Assembly (NCBI GenBank): GCA_002269645.1
Contig: NIVC01000933.1
Location: 1 to 64,000 of the forward strand
Direction of reading: 5' to 3'
DNA from: Macrostomum lignano
Taxonomy: Eukaryota
Length of the DNA stretch: 64,000 nt
The translations under genes and the position numbers were made by a program. This document shows, in pieces, positions 51,301 through 63,300 of the stretch (positions within the stretch are counted from its first letter, which is position 1; each line of letters starts with the position of its first letter). The notes below the pieces were generated by a model. The model was given only the letters and a program-made list of their open reading frames with translations, made no database searches and was not told the DNA's origin.

Positions 51301-54186
51301 CAGGCACTGATGCAGCTGGGCCTGCACCTGCTGCTGGATGAAGGCTACGAAGCGTTGCTAACTCCGTACTTTATGCGCAAGGACGCTATGCAGGTGAGAC
51401 TGCTGGTTTTGAGGACTTCCTATGAGACTGTGAGATTTCCTATCTCAGATTAGTGAGATTTTCTATCTGCAATTTGAGAGATTTCCTGTGAGATTTCCTA
51501 CCTCAGATTAGTGAGATTTTCTATCTGAAATTTGAGAGATTTCCTGTGAGATTTCCTACCTCAGATTAGTGAGATTTTCTATCTGAGATTTGAGAGATTT
51601 CCTGTGAGATTTCCTACCTCAGATTAGTGAGATTTTCTATCTGAGATTTGAGAGATTTCCTGTGAGATTTCCTACCTAAGATTTGTGAGAGATTTCCTAT
51701 CTGAGATTTGTGAGATTTCCTATCTGAGCTTTGTGAGATTTCTTATCTCAGATTTGTGAGATTTCCTACCTAGCAAATCTTGGTGAGATTTCCTATTTGA
51801 GATTTGAGAGATTTCCTACCTAAGATTTGTGAGATTTTCTATCTGATTTGTGAGATTTCCTACACAAGATTTTTAAGATTTCGTATCTCAAATTTGTGAG
51901 ATTTCGTATCTCAGATTTGTGAGATTTCTTATATAAAATTTGTGAGATTTCCTATCTGTGATTAGTGAGATTTCCTATCTGTGATTAGTGAGATTTCCCA
52001 TCTGAGATTAGTGAGATTTCCGATCTGAGATTAGTGAGACTTCTATCTGAGATTAGTGAGATTTCCCATCTGAGATTAGTGAGATTTCCGATCTAAGATT
52101 AGTGAGACTTCTATCTGAGATTCGTGAGATTCCTATAAGATTTCACCTGTTATATATAAGCTGTATGTCTGCATCCCACAGGCCGTAGCCCAGCTCAACC
52201 AATTCGACGAAGAGCTCTACAAAGTTATTGGCAAGCGCAGCGACGTCAAAGGCGACGCCGAACTCGAAGAGAAATATCTCATAGCCACTTCTGAGCAGCC
52301 TATCGCCGCTTTCCATCGTGGCGAATGGCTGAATCCGGCCACTCTGCCGCTGAAGTACGCCGGCATCAGCGCCTGCTTCCGTCAGGAGGTCGGCTCGCAC
52401 GGCCGGGACACTCGCGGCATATTTCGGGTGCACCAGTTTCACAAGGTTGAGCAGTTCTGCATCACTAGCCCGCTAGATGGGGCCTCTGAAGCGATGTTTG
52501 CCTCTATGGTGGCTAACGCTGAGAAATTCTATCAGCTGTTGGGCATTCCCTATCGAGTTGTCAGCATTGTATCCGGCGAACTGAACAATGCTGCCGCGAT
52601 TAAACACGATTTAGAAGGCTGGTTCCCTGGTAGCGGCGCTTTCCGAGAGCTCGTGTCATGCAGCAATTGTACCGACTATCAGGCTAGGAGCTTGCAGGTG
52701 AGCGGGATAATCCTTAATGACTCGATTTTAGAGCACTGCCCTGCCTGTTTTACCTGTTTACGTGTAGGTCTTCACTTCCTAACTTGCGCTTTTGTCTGTC
52801 ATTCTCCCGCTCCTTTATCTACCCTTCTCCCTCTCCCTTATCTACCCTTCTCCCCGTCCCTTATCTACCCTTCTCCCGCTCCCTTATCTACCCTTCTCCC
52901 GCTCCCTTATCTACCCTTCTCCCTCTCCCTTATCTACCCTTCTTCCGCTCCCTTATCTACCCTTCTCCCGCTCCCTTATCTACCCTTCTCCCTCTCCCTT
53001 ATCTACCCTTCTCCCTCTCCCTTATCTACCCTTCTCCCTCTCCCTTATCTACCCTTCTCCCTCTCCCTTATCTACCCTTCTCCCTCTCCCTTATCTACCC
53101 TTCTCCCTCTCCCTTATCTACCCTTCTCCCTCTCCCTTATCTACCCTTCTCCCTCTCCCTTATCTGCCCTTCTCCCTCTCCCTTATCTACCCTTCTCCCT
53201 CTCCCTTATCTACCCTTCTCCCGCTCCCTTATCTACCCTTCTCCCGCTCCCTTATCTACCCTTCTCCTGCTCCCTTATCTACCCTTCTCCTGCTCCCTTA
53301 TCTACCCTTCTCCTGCTCCCTTATCTACCCTTCTCCCGCTCCCTTATCTACCCTTCTCCCGCTCCCTTATCTACCCTTCTCTCTCCCTTATCTACCCTTC
53401 TCCCTCTCCCTTATCTACCCTTCTCCCTCTCCCTTATCTACCCTTCTCCCTCTCCCTTATCTACCCTTCTCCCTCTCCCTTATCTGCCCTTCTCCCTCTC
53501 CCTTATCTACCCTTCTCCCTCTCCCTTATCTACCCTTCTCCCGCTCCCTTATCTACCCTTCTCCCGCTCCCTTATCTACCCTTCTCCTGCTCCCTTATCT
53601 ACCCTTCTCCTGCTCCCTTATCTACCCTTCTCCTGCTCCCTTATCTACCCTTCTCCCGCTCCCTTATCTACCCTTCTCCCGCTCCCTTATCTACCCTTCT
53701 CTCTCCCTTATCTACCCTTCTCTCTCCCTTATCTACCCTTCGCATGTTCAAAAGAAACATGCAGAACTATTTATTAAAGTGTTTGAATTGAAGTTCTGCT
53801 TGAATGGTAAAATGGTGTATTCGCTTCCAGTTTTTCCCAGAGTCCAATGGTATATATTAAGTGTAGGACGCGTTTTGTTAACTAATAGTAATAATTAAAT
53901 TATCAAGTGCAATTTTCAATGCGCCTATTTCCCACCCCTCCCTATCTTAAAGGTGCACTTCGGCCAGACCAAGAAGCAAAACGATGAGGCGCCCTATGTG
54001 CACATGCTAAACGGGACAATGTGCGCCACTACTAGGACAATCTGCGCCATACTGGAGAACTGTCAAGAGTCTGACGGCATCCGGGTGCCCGAGGCTCTGC
54101 GCCACCTCATGCCGGCCAAGTATCGCGAGAAAATTCCCTTTGTTAAGCCGCCGCCTGTTGTTGAGAAAGTAGCCGAGAGCAAGTGA
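45768..54186 (+). CDS. SARS1: Cytosolic seryl-tRNA synthetase, complete, 484 aa; exons 45768-45903, 49634-49704, 49775-49858, 49939-50097, 51139-51393, 52182-52697, 53953-54186
   Basis: [88 protein letters not shown]; exons sum to 1455 nt (485 codons). Confidence 0.97.
47400..47760. repeat. Diverged two-copy ~180-bp tandem duplication, SARS1 intron 1
   Basis: GTAAGCTTA...CAAAGAACAAT...TTTCCGATCCTTATAGG present twice. Confidence 0.75.
48418..48929. mobile_element. Foldback/MITE with ~110-bp imperfect terminal inverted repeats
   Basis: GCAACC(T/A)...TGGCCATTTCTATTGGCAACACACAT...ATACATGCACAAC mirrored at both ends; internal 24-bp repeat x3; no clear TSD. Confidence 0.75.
50128..51005 (+). mobile_element. 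tRNA-derived CORE-type SINE, split by a MITE
   Basis: A-box TGGCCTAGTGG; MIR/CORE-like TGTGTCCTTTGAGCAAGACACTTAACTC...CTGTAAAATGGG (50784-50845); (ATT)n tail near 51000; B box not visible. Confidence 0.7.
50155..50761. mobile_element. hAT-type MITE, 607 bp, carrying a 21-bp satellite (50320-50595)
   Basis: 15-bp TIR CATTGGCGTAGGAAC / CATAGGCGTAGGAAC; exact 8-bp TSD GTCAGAGC (50147-50154, 50762-50769). Confidence 0.9.
51420..52140. repeat. GAGATTTCCTATCT-based minisatellite with a 58-bp higher-order unit, SARS1 intron 5
   Basis: CTGTGAGATT at 51486, 51544, 51602. Confidence 0.9.
52803..53742. repeat. 23-bp pyrimidine-rich minisatellite (CTCCCTTATCTACCCTTCTCCCT), SARS1 intron 6
   Basis: Period 23 measured from 53001 to 53024. 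Confidence 0.95.
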
Positions 54187-54299
54187 GCAGTTGCGTTGCG
54201 GACTTTGAAATTTCCAGACTTTGAAGCACGTCTTTAATAATTAGTATTGGGAAAAATTTTTTTGGCCTCAAATTGATAGCAATGTGATTGAGTGCGATT

Positions 54300-54460
54300 T
54301 TTTGTATTTCCCAAGCATACGGGATTTCCAAGGGTATTCCTCAAGCATACAGGATTCCCAAAGGGTATTCCCCAAGCATACGGGATTCCCAACCCCAGGG
54401 GTACTCCCCAAGCATACGGAATTCCCAATCCCAGGGGTAGTCCCCAAGCATATGGGAATT
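54300..54460. repeat. Short degenerate repeat (TTCCCCAAGCATACGGGATTCCCAA)
   Basis: Direct inspection. Confidence 0.7.
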
Positions 54461-55279
54461 TCCTGCGGATTCTTTAAGCCGGAGTGAACTCCTAAAGAAA
54501 TTCATCAATGAAATAGAGATTCAAAAGGGTTTAGGAGTTCTCAATAGTTTGACAATGCCATGGTTAAACCACCGTTATTTGAATATTGCTAGTACTATTG
54601 CTTTTGGTTTAGGACACCACAAATTTTAATAACTAACGAAAGAATTAAGCAGCCTATAAACAACTATATTTTTAACTAAATTTTCTCCTTGGCTAATTGG
54701 CACGTTTCTTCTTTATTTAACCACTTGTTTGAATATTTCTAACTACTGCTCTAATCAAATTTAGCTACTTATGATAATTAGCAGTTTAAAGTATTTAATT
54801 ACAGTTTAATATTTTTAATTTGTCTGCATTGCTAAGTGGTATATTTGTTTCATTTATGCTACTATTAGTAGGATGTTTACAATCTTTCTCCCTTCGCTTG
54901 ACACAAAATCGGCTTTGTTGCTATTCCTGCAATCGATATTTAGTAAGATATGAAGTTATTGAACTGCGTTATTAATATTGACAAAAATGCACGTTGACAA
55001 ACTTAACTTTCTCTTTGTTACTTTCTAATTTTCCCGCGTGATGCGTATGTCAAAAACTATAATAATTTTAGCCGTATATTTGTGGTGTTGCTTCTTTTGT
55101 GCTGGAAATGAATACGATTGAATAAATGAGTAATTTAAATGCGGTAGTTAATGGGGTAAATGTTTCTGGATTTAAAATTTTTCTGCCGATTTTTTATTAT
55201 GTACTTTATGGACTTTGCTTTTGGTCATCTTAGTAATGATAATTTAAAAGGTGGAAATTTAAGCGAGTCCCTTTAGGAC

Positions 55280-55915
55280 ACAGGGAATCAAAGGGTATTC
55301 CAGAGGGCGTAAGGAATATGGAATGGGGAATCTAAGGGAATCCCCTATGGAATGGTGAATCCAAGAGAATCCCTTCTGGAACAGGGAATCCTAGGGAATC
55401 ACATGAAATAGGGAATCCAAAGGAAACCTTTATGAAATGAGGAATCCAAGGAAATCCCATATGGAATGGGGAATCGTAGAGAATCACTTATGGAATGGGG
55501 AATCCAAGGGAATCCCTTATGAAATTGGGAATCCTAGGGAATCCCTATGGAATGAGAAATCCTAGGAAATCCCTTAGTGGGAAGTCCTAGAGTGGAGAGT
55601 GGGGAATCCTAGGGAATCCCTTATGGATAAGGGAATCCTAGCGATTCCTTTATGGAATGGGGAATCCAAGGCAATCCCCTATCGAGTGGGGAATCCTAGG
55701 GAATCCCTTATGGAGTGGGAAATCCTAGGGAATCCCTTATGGATAAGGGAATCCTAGCGAATCCCTTATGGAATGGGGAATCCAAGGCAATCCCCTATCG
55801 AGTGGGGAATCCTAGGGAGTCCCTTATGGAGTGGGGAATCCTAGGGAATCCCTTGGAATGAGAAATCCAACGCAATTTCATAACGCACAAGGGATCCTCC
55901 TAGGGCATGGGGAAT
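55280..55915. repeat. Degenerate ~29-bp repeat (GGAATGGGGAATCCTAGGGAATCCCTTAT)
   Basis: Direct inspection. Confidence 0.85.
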
Positions 55916-56494
55916 CCAGAGATAATCAGCCTCCTACGTAGTAATAATGTGAAGTTCTATTTAACCTATATATTTATAGTTTAGTCAAGGCAATTCAAAA
56001 ATTAAAGTGCAGTAAATTGGTAATGATAAGAATAATAATAGTAATAATAACTAATAATGGAATAAACTGACTGTTTATTTTTTATACCTTATGGCCCCAT
56101 GCAGTGCGCAAAGAAGCACAAAATTCTTGACAATATAAAACGTATATATCGTACTAAAACTATATCTACAAAGCTCTATAGACAACATATTAGCACTATG
56201 CACGGTAACTAATAGTAAAGTAATTGCAATAATTGTTTCAACGAAACTCAACAGCACTTTGCTTCTTAGAAAGCAAAAGTTCATGAACTATTATGGCGCG
56301 AAATTTCGATACTTAAAGTTCATAGCTGTCCCAAGCGTTATGCATTTGCTGCCAAACATTTCTGGGGAGGATTTTTCTTTCTGCAATGCGCTTCTTAGCT
56401 TGTTAAACAGGATCAGTCATACATGTTGGATCTGGATGTATCTACTAGTAGTCTATATGTAACTTTTCTAATTTTGTAGATCTGCATCTCTAGT

Positions 56495-57215
56495 CATAGA
56501 AGATCTACTCTCAAATTCATAGATCTTGTCTCAAGTTCATAGTAGATCTACTCTCCGATTCATTGTAGATCTAGTCTCCAATTCATTGTATATCTAGTCT
56601 CCAATTCATTGTAGATCTAGTCTCCAATTCATTGTATATCTAGTCTCCAATTCATTGTATATCTAGTCTCCAATTCATTGTATATCTAGTCTCCAATTCA
56701 GAGATCCACTTTCCAATTGGTAGTTGATCTACTCTCCAACTCATTGTAGATCTATTCTCCAATTCATATTAGATCTACTCTCCAATTCGTAGTAGATCTA
56801 TTCTCAATCCATAGTAGATCTATTCTCCAATTGATTGTAGATCTATTCTCCAATTCATTTTAAATCTACTCTCCAATTCATTGTTAATCTAGTCTCCAAT
56901 CCATGGATCTAGTCCCCAATTCATAGTAGATCTCTCCCATTCATTGATCTACTCCAATTCATAGTAGATCTCTCCCATTCATTGATCTACTCCAATTCAT
57001 TGTAGATCTCTCCAATTCATAGTAGATCTAGTCTCCGATTCATTTTAGATCTAGTCTCCAATTCATATATCTACTCCCCAATTCATTGTAGCTCTAGTCT
57101 CCAATTCATATATCTACTTTCCAATTGGTAGTTGATCTACTCTCCAACTCATTGTAGATCTATTCTCCAATTCATAGTAGATCTACTCTCCAATTAATAG
57201 ATCTAGTCTGTAACT
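56495..57215. repeat. Degenerate ~23-bp repeat (GTAGATCTAGTCTCCAATTCATT)
   Basis: Direct inspection. Confidence 0.85.
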
Positions 57216-57395
57216 CGTAGATCTGCATATAAACTGTGACAAGTCTTGTGTTCCATTCCAAAATCTAGTCCCGGCCCTTCTTCGATGAGATCTACAATAC
57301 GATCTATCATAGGTGCAGGTCAAGATTAGGTACTGACCTTGGTTGCAGTCCCTATTCAATCGCAACCATCCCAAACACCAGCTGTCACTAATTAG

Positions 57396-60300
57396 CTACG
57401 CCAGTTTAATGGGCACCTGCACAGTGGCCTGGCACGGCTCCAATGTGAGCTTGAGTGCCCCGCTGAGCAGTCTGATGCAGGCCGAGTGGCTGCCACCGTG
57501 ACAGGCTCTGAGATCAACAACCAGCTGGCAGCTGCGCAGCGACCTGCTGCCCGTCCGGTTGCCAATCGATGCGGTTTCGCTTTTCTCGTCAGTCGAATAG
57601 CTCGATGGTAGCAGCAGGGAGACCCGGCAGCGGCACTGGCGCTCAACCCGCAGCACGCCCGGGTCCTTGCTGTACGGGTTCAGCATTCGGCGAAGCTGCG
57701 GTGAGTCCTGCGACCAGCAGGTGAACTCGAGTACTCGGCTGCCTCGGAGCGCCAGGTACCTGCCGATCAGGGGGTGACGGATTTGAGTGAATGGCTACGG
57801 ATTTGAGTGAATGGCTACGGATTTGAGTGAATGGCTACGGATTTGAGTGAATGGCTACGGATTTGAGTGAATGGTCATGGATTTGAGTGAATGGTCATGG
57901 ATTTCAGTGAATGGCTATGGATTTAAGTGAATGGCTACGGATTTGAGTGAATGGCTACGGATTTGAGTGAATGGCTACGGTTTTGAGTGAATGGCTACGG
58001 TTTTGAGTGAATGGCTACGGATTTGAGTGAATGGCTACGGATTTGAGTGAATGGTCATGGATTTGAGTGAATGGCTACGGGTTGAGTAAATGGCTACGGA
58101 TTTGATTGAATGGCGATGAATTCCTGTGAATGGCGATGAATCCATGCGAATGGCGATGAATCCATGTGAATGGCGATGAATCCATGTGAATGGCGATGAA
58201 TCCATGTGAATGGCGATGAGTCCATGTGAATGGCGATTAATCCATGTGAATGGCGATAAATCCATGTGAATGGCGATGAATCCATGTGAATGGCGATGAA
58301 TCCATGTGAATGGCGATGAATCCATGTGAATGGCGCAGTCGCTCTGTATGTGGAACCAACATTTGTGCTGCGGAGAATCCTTTTGAACCAAAATCGAAAA
58401 GATATCCGCGCTCTCACTATGACCTTCACAGGTCACGGTTGCTTTGCCAGGCACTGTTTCCTCCGAAATGCCCGCCGGAGCGAACTCTGCCCTTTCTGCA
58501 ACCTCGAGAACGAAGACGCCAAGCACTTCGTCTGCTACTGCCCGGCCTTCAACCAAGACCGGCTCAACCACCTCGGACCCAACCCGTCCCTGGACGACGT
58601 TTGCCGGCCCGAGAACATCCCACGGCTTATCCGGTTCCTCCGGGCCACCAAGCGAGCCTCCGTCTTCCCCACCGAAGACAACGCTGCAGACAGGACCGGC
58701 AGACCTCCCTGACCGGCCCCGCGCCCTAGCCTATGCGGGTCTCTCAGGGATTAGCGGAATGGGCGACGCTCGCCTCCCCGCTGCGTCTTCGGACCGCCCT
58801 GCAGCTAAGTCAAGTAAGTCAACCAACATTTGTGAGTGGCGTGAGTGGTTCTGAAATTCAGCAAAAAGCCAAAACTCTTGTTTAAATTTTAATTTTTGAA
58901 AAAGTACAAAATTTCAGATTGGCAAACTTTCAAACGTTGCATTAATTAGCAAATATAATAAATAATTAATGAGCTGTTCACCTGGGCAGCGCGGCAAAGG
59001 ACAGAGTTTTCTCAACCAGCCAAAGCTGCTCGCTGCTCTCCAGATTCTGACGGTCCAGGTGCAGCCGGATCTCCAGCAGGAGTCGAATCAGAGTCTTCAC
59101 AGATTTCGGCTGAAGGTGACCGCCGCCGCCTCCGCCGCCAGCTTTCATGTGGGCGGTGAGTCGGAGGATGGCCTGCTGGAGGCGCCGGCGTTTGGCGGCA
59201 CCCAAGCGAGAAAATCCGTGGCGTTCAGCCTGGAATTGGCAGTGGAGAGTTTTGCCTGCTGACGGATCTGGCTAGGTGTTACAGATCTCTGGCTAGGAGT
59301 TACAGATCTCTGGCTAGGTGTTACAGATCTCTGGCTAGGTGTTACAGATCTCTGGCTAGGTGTTACAGATCTCTGGCTAGGTGTTATTACAGATCTCTGG
59401 CTAGGTGTTACAGATCTCTGGCTAGGTGTTACAGATCTCTGGCTAGGTGTTACAGATCTCTGGCTAGGTGTTATTACAGATCTCTGGCTAGGTGTTATTA
59501 CAGATCGCTGGCTAGGTGTTACAGATCTCTGGCTAGGTGTTATTACAGATCTCTGGCTAGGTGTTATTACAGATCTCTGGCTAGGTGTTACAGATCTCTG
59601 GCTAGGTGTTACAGATCTCTGGCTAGGTGTTATTACAGATCTCTGGCTAGGTGTTATTACAGATCGCTGGCTAGGTGTTATTACAGATCGCTGGCTAGGT
59701 GTTACAGATCTCTGGCTAGGTGTTATTACAGATCTCTGGCTAGGTGTTACAGATCTCTGGCTAGGTGTTACAGATCTCTGGCTAGGTGTTATTACAGATC
59801 TCTGGCTAGGTGTTATTACAGATCTCTGGCTAGGTGTTATTACAGATCTCTGGCTAGGTGTTATTACAGATCTCTGGCTAGGTGTTACAGATCTCTGGCT
59901 AGGTGTTACAGATCTCTGGCTAGGTGTTATTACAGATCTCTGACTAGGTGTTATTACAGATCTCTGGCTAGGTGTTATTACAGATCTCTGGCTAGGTGTC
60001 ATTACAGAACTCTGGATAGGTGTTACAGATCTCTGGATAGGTGTTACAGATCTCTGGATAGGTGTTACAGAGTTGGGTAGGTGTTACAGAGTTGGGTAGG
60101 TGTTACAAATCTGGGTAGGTGTTACAAATCTGGGTAGGTGTTACACATTGCAGGCTACATGTAAAGGGTTGGACGCATGACAGGCAGACAGAGACTCACT
60201 AAAGCAGTGAGGTGGCGCAGCTCGCATTGAAAAGCCACTCCGAGTACGCTGTTATCAATTCGTCCCACAACCCGTCCGTCGCCCTGACTGCTGACATCGG

Positions 60301-63300
60301 CGATGGCCAGGTACAGATCGCAGCTGACTGACGAGATTAGACTGAGCAACGAGGCCACCTCTTCGGTGTTAGTTGCCGGGGCAGTCTGCGAGCGGATGTT
60401 GGCGTGATTTGTCTAGATCGAGACAAGCGACATCGAGCGTAAAAGAGGCATTGAGATAAAAGAGCATTTAGAAATAAAAGAGGCATGGAGCTAAAAGTAC
60501 ATCGGGAGATATGAAGTACATCGATAGATAAAGGTACATCCATAGATAAAAGTACATCGAGAGATAAAAGTACATCGAGAGTTAAAAGTACACCGAGAGA
60601 AAAAAGTACATTGAGGGGTAACAAGTACACCGAGAGATAAAAGTACATTGAGAGGTAAAGTACAGCGAGCTATAGAAAAACATGCAGATTACAGAGATTA
60701 AAAGGACTCAGGAAAATTAGTTTATCCATCAGGAGAGAGAAAGACATTCAGAAAAAAGGTGCATCCAACAAGATAAGCACCGCAGGAACACTAACACACC
60801 TACCTACCTGAACTTCGTTAGTCGCGGCCGTCTCCAGCATCAGCTGGTCGGCAGCCGCCGCCGTCGCCGCCTTGCCGCCGGTGCAGCTGCTGACAGCGTC
60901 AGCCGAGTCGGCCTGCAGCAAGCGCCTGCCCAGACTGCGCCTCAACAGCAGGGTGTCAGTGAAAACCGAATAGAAAAACTCGAACGACAAGCTCGATAGA
61001 CTGCTAGTCAGACAGCCGGATTTAAGCTGATCCAATCTGGCCAGGTAAGCCGGTTTCACGCGCAGACTTGCGCCAGCTGAGTCGAGTACCTGGATTAGTT
61101 AAACCGGCGTTTAGTTGCTATTATTATTTACTTTGCAATCAGACTACTACTGATTAAACCAGTAGGAGATAGCGAGTTTTGAGTCAATTTTAATGGATTT
61201 CAGTCAAAAAACGGTCCCAACCGAAGTCAGCCGGCTGATGCTCTCTCCCAGACGATTCCCAATCGCGTTGATGTTCTCGACGGCCGAGCTGTGGCCTCCT
61301 CTGTCGACATCGGCGCCGCCGGCAGTTGCTGTGGTGGCCTCCACCAGCCGTTTCAAATGGCGGATGACGCAATCTGCGCTTGAGCAGACGGTGGAAAGTA
61401 TCCCGGTGAGCTGACTGGCAGATGTGCGTCGGTCGCAGGAGTGCGGCGATTGGGGCCGCTGCTGCTGCTGCTGCCCTGACTGGTCCTGCAGCTGCCAGCT
61501 AGAAGGTGAGAAATGTTCGAATGCACATTTATTGGCTGTTGTGTGTGCTCAAAAATGGGCCCGGTGGGTTGTCGTGCGGTTTACAGCCGCAATGGGGGCC
61601 AACACCCAAGGCACAGAGAGTGCACATGCCTGACCGATTAGAAAGTCAGGGAAGCCGTACACCCTGCGTGAGCGTGTGCACGTGCTCAGGAGTCAGCGGA
61701 ATGAGCAGGATTGACTCATGCACTGGTTGTGCGTCGCCCGAATCGGTCTTGGACCAGTCTCGGATGCTCGAGTTCGCTGTATTTTCAGTCAGCCAAACAA
61801 GTCGTGTTCTTTTTCAATCTTGATTTTACCTGGCGGAGGCAGACTGCAGGTCTTGCTGCTGAATTTGCCGCTCCTTCGGCTGCTGTTGCTCCCCAGCTGC
61901 TGCCTCGGTGCGCAGCTCAGCCTCTCGGATAAGCTGGCCGCACAGCGTCACCAGCTCCGCGGCAAATTCGGCGCCTTCAGTGCCCTGTCTTAGTCGCCAA
62001 GCCACCGACTGGCAGTCCGGGGCGCCGTGGCTCAGCACGCCGCTCAGCCGGTGCCAGCAGCGGGTCAGAAGCGCCGAGTCGCACGCGGCGCCGAGTAGTT
62101 GAGGCTTTTCCATGAAATGCCGCATCATGCGGAGCAGAGTGTTGGCCCGAGCCGCGACCACCGGGCTGACAGTTTTCGAGTCGGTGTCCTGTTAGAAGAA
62201 GTACACTAGAACAATCATAACCTGAAGTACATCTGGAACAATCATAACCGGAAGTACATCTAGAAAAATCATAACCGGAAGTACATCTAGAAAAATCATA
62301 ACCGGAAGTACATCTAGAACAATCATAACCGGAAGTACATGTAGAACAATCATAACCGGAAGTACATCTAGAACAATCATAACCTGAAGTACATCTGGAA
62401 CAATCATAACCGGAAGTACATCTAGAACAATCATAACCGGAAGTACATCTAGAACAATCATAACCGGAAGTACATCTAGAACAATCATAACCGGAAGTAC
62501 ATCTAGAACAATCATAACCTGAAGTACATCTGGAACAATCATAACCTGAAGTACACTAGAACAATCATAACCGGCAGTAAATCTAGAACAATCATAACCG
62601 GAAGTACATCTACTCGTAGAACAATCATAACCGGAAGTACATGTAGAACAATCATAACCGGAAGTACATCTAGAACAATCATAACCGGAAGTACATGTAG
62701 AACAATCATAACCGGAAGTACATCTAGAACAATCATAACCGGCAGTAAATCTAGAACAATCATAACCGGAAGTACATCTAGAACAATCATAACCGGAAGT
62801 ACATGTAGAACAATCATAACCGGAAGTACATCTAGAACAATCATAACCGGAAGTACATCTAGAACAATCATAACCGGAAGTACATCTAGAACAATCATAA
62901 CAGGAAGTACATCTAGAACAATCATAACCGGAAGTACATGTAGAATAATCATAACCGGAAGTACATCTAGAACAATCATAACCGGAAGTACATCTAGAAC
63001 AATCATAACCGGAAGTACATGTAGAACAATCATAACCGGAAGTACATCTAGAACAATCATAACCGGAAGTACATGTAGAACAATCATAACCGGAAGTACA
63101 TCTAGAACAATCATAACCGGCAGTAAATCTAGAACAATCATAACCGGAAGTACATCTAGAACAATCATAACCGGAAGTACATGTAGAACAATCATAACCG
63201 GAAGTACATCTAGAACAATCATAACCGGAAGTACATCTGTAACAATCATAACCGGAAGTACATCTAGAACAATCATAACCGGAAGTACATCTAGAACAAT

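Noticed and set aside
52428-53898. Pro/Leu/Ser-rich ORFs extending SerRS
   Set aside because: Intron 6 minisatellite; the real protein splices 52697 to 53953.
59145-60002. TPSQRSV-repeat ORF resembling a CTD-like heptad
   Set aside because: Lies in intron 60199-59230, and its frame does not match the downstream exon.
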